From assembly GCA_048128005.1 (NCBI GenBank), contig JBEUKZ010000066.1:310001-369546 (forward strand): DNA of 59,546 nt. Direction: 5' to 3'. The notes below the pieces were generated by a model. It was not told where the DNA came from. It worked only from the letters and a program-made list of their open reading frames with translations, and searched no databases. Shown here in pieces: positions 55,254 through 59,546 of this stretch (position 1 is the stretch's first letter; every line of letters starts with the position of its first letter). The translations under genes were made by a program, and so were the position numbers. This stretch comes from Veleropilina oligotropha (lineage: Eukaryota).

Positions 55254-57728
55254 GGGACTGGTCATTTATTATAGGGGGAGGGGGGGGGCAGGGCGGTGGG
55301 AATGGGTGGTGGGTCATGAAAAAAAGACAGGCTTTAGGGGTGGGTTATGTAAAAAACCACAGCGTTTGGGGGTGGGTCATGAAAAAATGACACAACATTT
55401 TCAGATTTTGTAATATACAGAATGCAGGAGAGGGTGTTTCACACCTTTAATTGTCAAAAATTTTATCTGCGTGGGGCCCCCTCCCCACGCGAACAAATCA
55501 TCACAGGTTTTGAAAGTTTGACTCTAGTACCCCGTTTGAAAATGATATTGGTTTTATAGAGCTGGGTCATGATAAATAGTGTGGTGTAAATACTTTGTGA
55601 AAATTATTCAAAAAGGTTGTCAAAATTACATGTTTGGTTTGCACTGTCAGAATACAGGAGAGGGGGTTTCCAGTGGCGTAGGAGCCAAGATTTTTAGAAG
55701 AGCCCTTAAATTTGCAAGTTCCCTTAGATTTGCACTCAAATTATATACGCGGGCTCAAAGTTTGCTATAAAATAACGGGTATACCCCCCCCCCCACCCAT
55801 TTTGCATTGGTGCCTCTAGACAGACTCAAAAGTATATATCCGACTTCATAGCTTCTATGTGTGCACCATCTCCAGAATTGATTTTACCGTTTATTTTAGA
55901 TCAAAATCCGTTCTCGAGCAAAATCTGCTCTCGATCAACCATGCCCATGCACTTTATGCAATTGTGTGCGATTTTATACAATAAGGGTGGTATTTCACCC
56001 CCAATATTTTTACTACTGATGCCCATAGACAGAAGTATATATCTGAGTTCATAGCTTTTATCACACGTACAATATCCTTGCGATATCTGCATCTACCGAC
56101 AGTCACCATTCTAGGGAGTATAATTATTATACAGCAGACTGGGCATGAGGCTATTACATGCTTACACCTTTTATGAAGTGGTGAAATGATTTGTAAATAT
56201 TGTTCAGAATACAGGAGAGGGTTATTTGTCAAAAAATTCTTCCCCGGGGAAACGGGGCCCCACGACGCGGACCATTGATAGTATAATCTGACCCCGTAAG
56301 GCCCTTCAAAGTCCTGATGACCATCATGTCCCCCTCAATGTTGTAGTCCCTGGTCATATATACAGCTGCATATTATATTTCAAAAAAGTCTTTAGCCTAT
56401 CTGTCAAATTGAAAACTTTTACAGAGCGGTGATAATGATTCAAAGATATTGGTAAGAAATAGCACATTAGCGATCTCAGAATACAGGAGAGGGGGTTTCA
56501 CAAGGTTAAGTGTCAAAATTTTCTTCCGCGTGGGGCCCCACCCCAACGCGGACCATTGATAGAATAATTTGACTCATATTTCTATTTGAAAAAATATCAT
56601 CAACTCCAACAGTAATCACACATACATACGCACCAATGTAGGGCTCAAAATTACCTTTATTTAAAATTAGTTATGCCCTTTTTCTGTCATGTTTTCTCTC
56701 TCAGGAGAAAGAGTTTCACACAGCTAATTGTCCAAATTCTCCTCTGCACGGGGAGGGATGGGACACGCGTGGACAGTTCATAACAAATTTTAACAGTTGA
56801 CTTGGACCCTACCCCTTTTCAAAATGATAAGGCTTTAGGGGTGGGTCATGAAATAATTGTACAATGTTCTGCAAAACTCACCCAACTTGATGAAAATGGT
56901 TCATATATGTTGGTAAAAATACCGCGATTGCAATATCAAAATGCAGGACGGTTGAATTCAATCGAATTAGTGTTTTACGACCATGCCAACAATATCGGAT
57001 TCGAGTCAAGCGACTTAAAAGATTAAAATTACTAGATATATTAGAAACAGTTGTTTCTAAATCAACACAGTCCAATATAATATGTTTAACTGTTAGGACA
57101 TTAGCCCAACGAACACATTCAGGTGAAGGCTCCCCTTTTAAGCAGGTATGGGTGAGTGTGGTGAAAATGTCCAATTCTCGGTCTGGACAAAATTATCTTT
57201 TCACGACGCATGAACCTGTGAGAGGGGCCCCACTCACCAAGAAGATCCTGGACATTCTGCAGTTTATAAGATCATCCAAACAACATTGCCATGTAGGTAA
57301 ATGTAAAAATCAGTACTTACATCTTAATACGGAATTTTAGAATGTATACGTTGGTTAATTTATAAAGCTGACTTGGTGCTGTACGATGGTAATATGGCTT
57401 GGTATCCAGCTTAAAATGATGTGTTTTTTTGTATTTGAGCAATAAATTTTGCATAAATACATGTCTATTCATCCCCTCAAAATACAGGACAGAGTTTCAC
57501 ACAGTTTCCTGCTGCGCGGATAATTAAGAATATATTGTAACAGTTGGACCCTCTTTCAAACTTCAAACCCCCCACCTGGGGGTGGGTCATCAAAAAAAGA
57601 CAGGGTCTGGGTGTGGGCCATGAAAAAAAGACACACGGTCCGGGGGTGGGTCACCATTTTTCGACACGTTCAGTAGACCATTTCCACCGGCCCACCCCCC
57701 CCCCCCCCTATAATAAATGACCAGTCCC
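55254..57728. mobile_element. Non-autonomous PIF/Harbinger-like element
   Basis: TIR GGGACTGGTCATTTATTATAGGGGG / CCCCCTATAATAAATGACCAGTCCC, TAA TSD (55251-55253, 57729-57731), internal GGGGTGGGTCATGAAAAAA and AATACAGGAGAGGG repeats. Confidence 0.9.
57030..57260 (-). pseudogene. Decayed C-terminal fragment of an I/Nimb-like LINE ORF2
   Basis: RREKIILSRPRIGH, then frameshift, then LTHTCLKGEPSPECVRWANVLTVKHIILDC, matching the RIGH..LTH..C..C..LTVKHIL.C zinc-knuckle pattern. Confidence 0.6.
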
Positions 57729-57885
57729 TAATCAGAATTTTGGCTGAAAATCGCATTTCACCTTTTGGTGCCATTCACTCAATTGAGCCCAAAATGTACG
57801 TGATCTAGAGATGATTCCACGTGTATCCAGAAAATTTCGTGTCTATCCGACTATATGATCGCAATGTTTGACCAAGTTAAGGCTA

Positions 57886-58110
57886 GCGGCTTCGGCGGGT
57901 GAGTGGTTAGATTAGAGCGCCAGGCTTTCAACCGAAGCTGTTAGTTGGTCCCGGGATAGAAACTAAAGCGGCGGTTCTTTCTATCGCTTAAAATAATAGA
58001 AAGCATATATCTATAAATTATGTATGTCGGTCAGATCGCGGAGTGAGACCTTAAACCGGGTGTCCCGACTACGATATACGGCTGAAAAATTGCCAAAAGT
58101 GGTCGTTCAA
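57886..58110 (+). mobile_element. tRNA-headed SINE with Deu/Nin-like body
   Basis: GAGTGGTTAGATTAGAGCG head; GAGACCTTAAACCGGGTGTCCCGACTACGATAT..CTGAAAAATTGCCAAAA body shared with the 1778 and 5991 copies. Confidence 0.7.
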
Positions 58111-58458
58111 TATTTTATAACGTATAATTACAATGTAGAAAGCATTGAGGCATTTACAATACAAAATGCGCTCTATAAGAAATAAATTATTATTATTATT
58201 ATTTATTATTAAAACAATGTTTCCAACCAACCAACCAAGTTATGACTAAATCTAATTTCGATTTTTTTGTGATCTTGACCTTGAAGCAAGTTACCTCAAA
58301 TTGTCAAACTACAAAAATGAATCAAATAAAAAAAATCCAATTTTACAATAAGCCAGTCAGTCTAACAAAAGACCTATTGACAACATTTTAACATGAAGAT
58401 CGAATAAGGAAAAGAACAAAGGAAACAACCCTAATGTAGCGTGCATTGGTGGGGTCTC

Positions 58459-58637
<179 letters not shown>

Positions 58638-59267
58638 ATCAGATGACAATCAGACCCGATTAAAGTTTTCGCATAAATTTGAGCTGTAGCTCGTGTTATT
58701 TTTAGCGATTACTTATCCAACTTAATGAGAATTTATACATTTTTCTATTGCGCTTATCATACACTATATCTAGGTAATGTTGTTGTCTTTATTACGTTCA
58801 CTTTACTACATTCACTAACGTTGCGATGGGCGGAGGGCATGTTAATTGGGTCGGTTTTTCTGTCCACGGCTATATGTTGGTAGTCTATCTTCAAATTTTT
58901 ATGTAAATACCAAAAACTTACCCAATTCGGATTTTATGACGCCATTTCCGGCCTCCGCTGTTTCAGCTCTGAAAAAACTATTTGTCGTAGAGATTTCTGG
59001 CTTTCATCATAGTGTCCTTTATTATCGGGGTGAAGATTTACAATCTCGGATTGATTTATCATAGAAATCTTATCGCGCAATCGAAAGAAAATTATTTATA
59101 TAGTTTTACCTAATTGGTCATAAATTCAGAATATATATTTCTACCTATAGGTGATTTATTTTTCAGCAGGATATAGCAACTAACTCAACGCCAGTGTAGA
59201 AGAGCGTCATTAATTAGACATGGCTAAAGACAGGAATAACCAACAACAACAACAACAACATACTTAA

Positions 59268-59532
59268 AGGCCGGACGTCCCCTATAAAAGCAGTCGACCG
59301 GCCAGTCGGTCATTTGTGATTCCAACGCCGTGATGTCCACGTCGCCGTTGCGTCACATTATTGGCTGATTCGTGGCTATAGGAACACTGCGAATTTGATT
59401 GACAGCTGTGTAAGAATAGAACAGTGTCGACAAAATGATGTGTTGTTTCAGTGTAACGCAATTAGTTCATTTATCACCAAGTTCTATGTGTGTATGGCCA
59501 CGCCCCTGCTGGTCGGTCACAGACTCCGGCCT
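59268..59532. mobile_element. TTAA-specific MITE (Kolobok-like)
   Basis: TTAA|AGGCCGGA...TCCGGCCT|TTAA (59264-59267, 59533-59536). Confidence 0.75.
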
Positions 59533-59546
59533 TTAAAGACCGGGGT

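Overview
AT-rich animal genomic DNA, probably lophotrochozoan or molluscan (inferred from the repeat families), dominated by nested transposable elements. One convincing host gene is present: a two-exon fuseless-family multi-pass membrane protein (38142-38639 + 43624-44265). The most unusual object is a 2805-bp miniature Polinton/Maverick (31322-34126; AGTAGT...ACTACT ends, 6-bp AACTAG target-site duplication, TSD). Its right half is an inverted, internally deleted copy of its own left half, including pieces of the PC4-like and integrase genes. This resembles a snap-back/copy-back defective viral genome that was later integrated. Other notable structures: a four-layer nest (TIR element > CR1 > RTE-X > MULE, 13200-22385), a 5S-rRNA-headed SINE sharing its body with tRNA-headed SINEs, a near-intact CR1 ORF with a 2A peptide, two inverted Academ-like remnants carrying ~175-bp satellite arrays with RFX X-box palindromes, and DIRS, Crypton, Helitron/Helentron, Kolobok and Harbinger remnants. 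All calls come from manual reading. Family names rest on remembered motifs, not database searches. Boundaries without a TSD are approximate.
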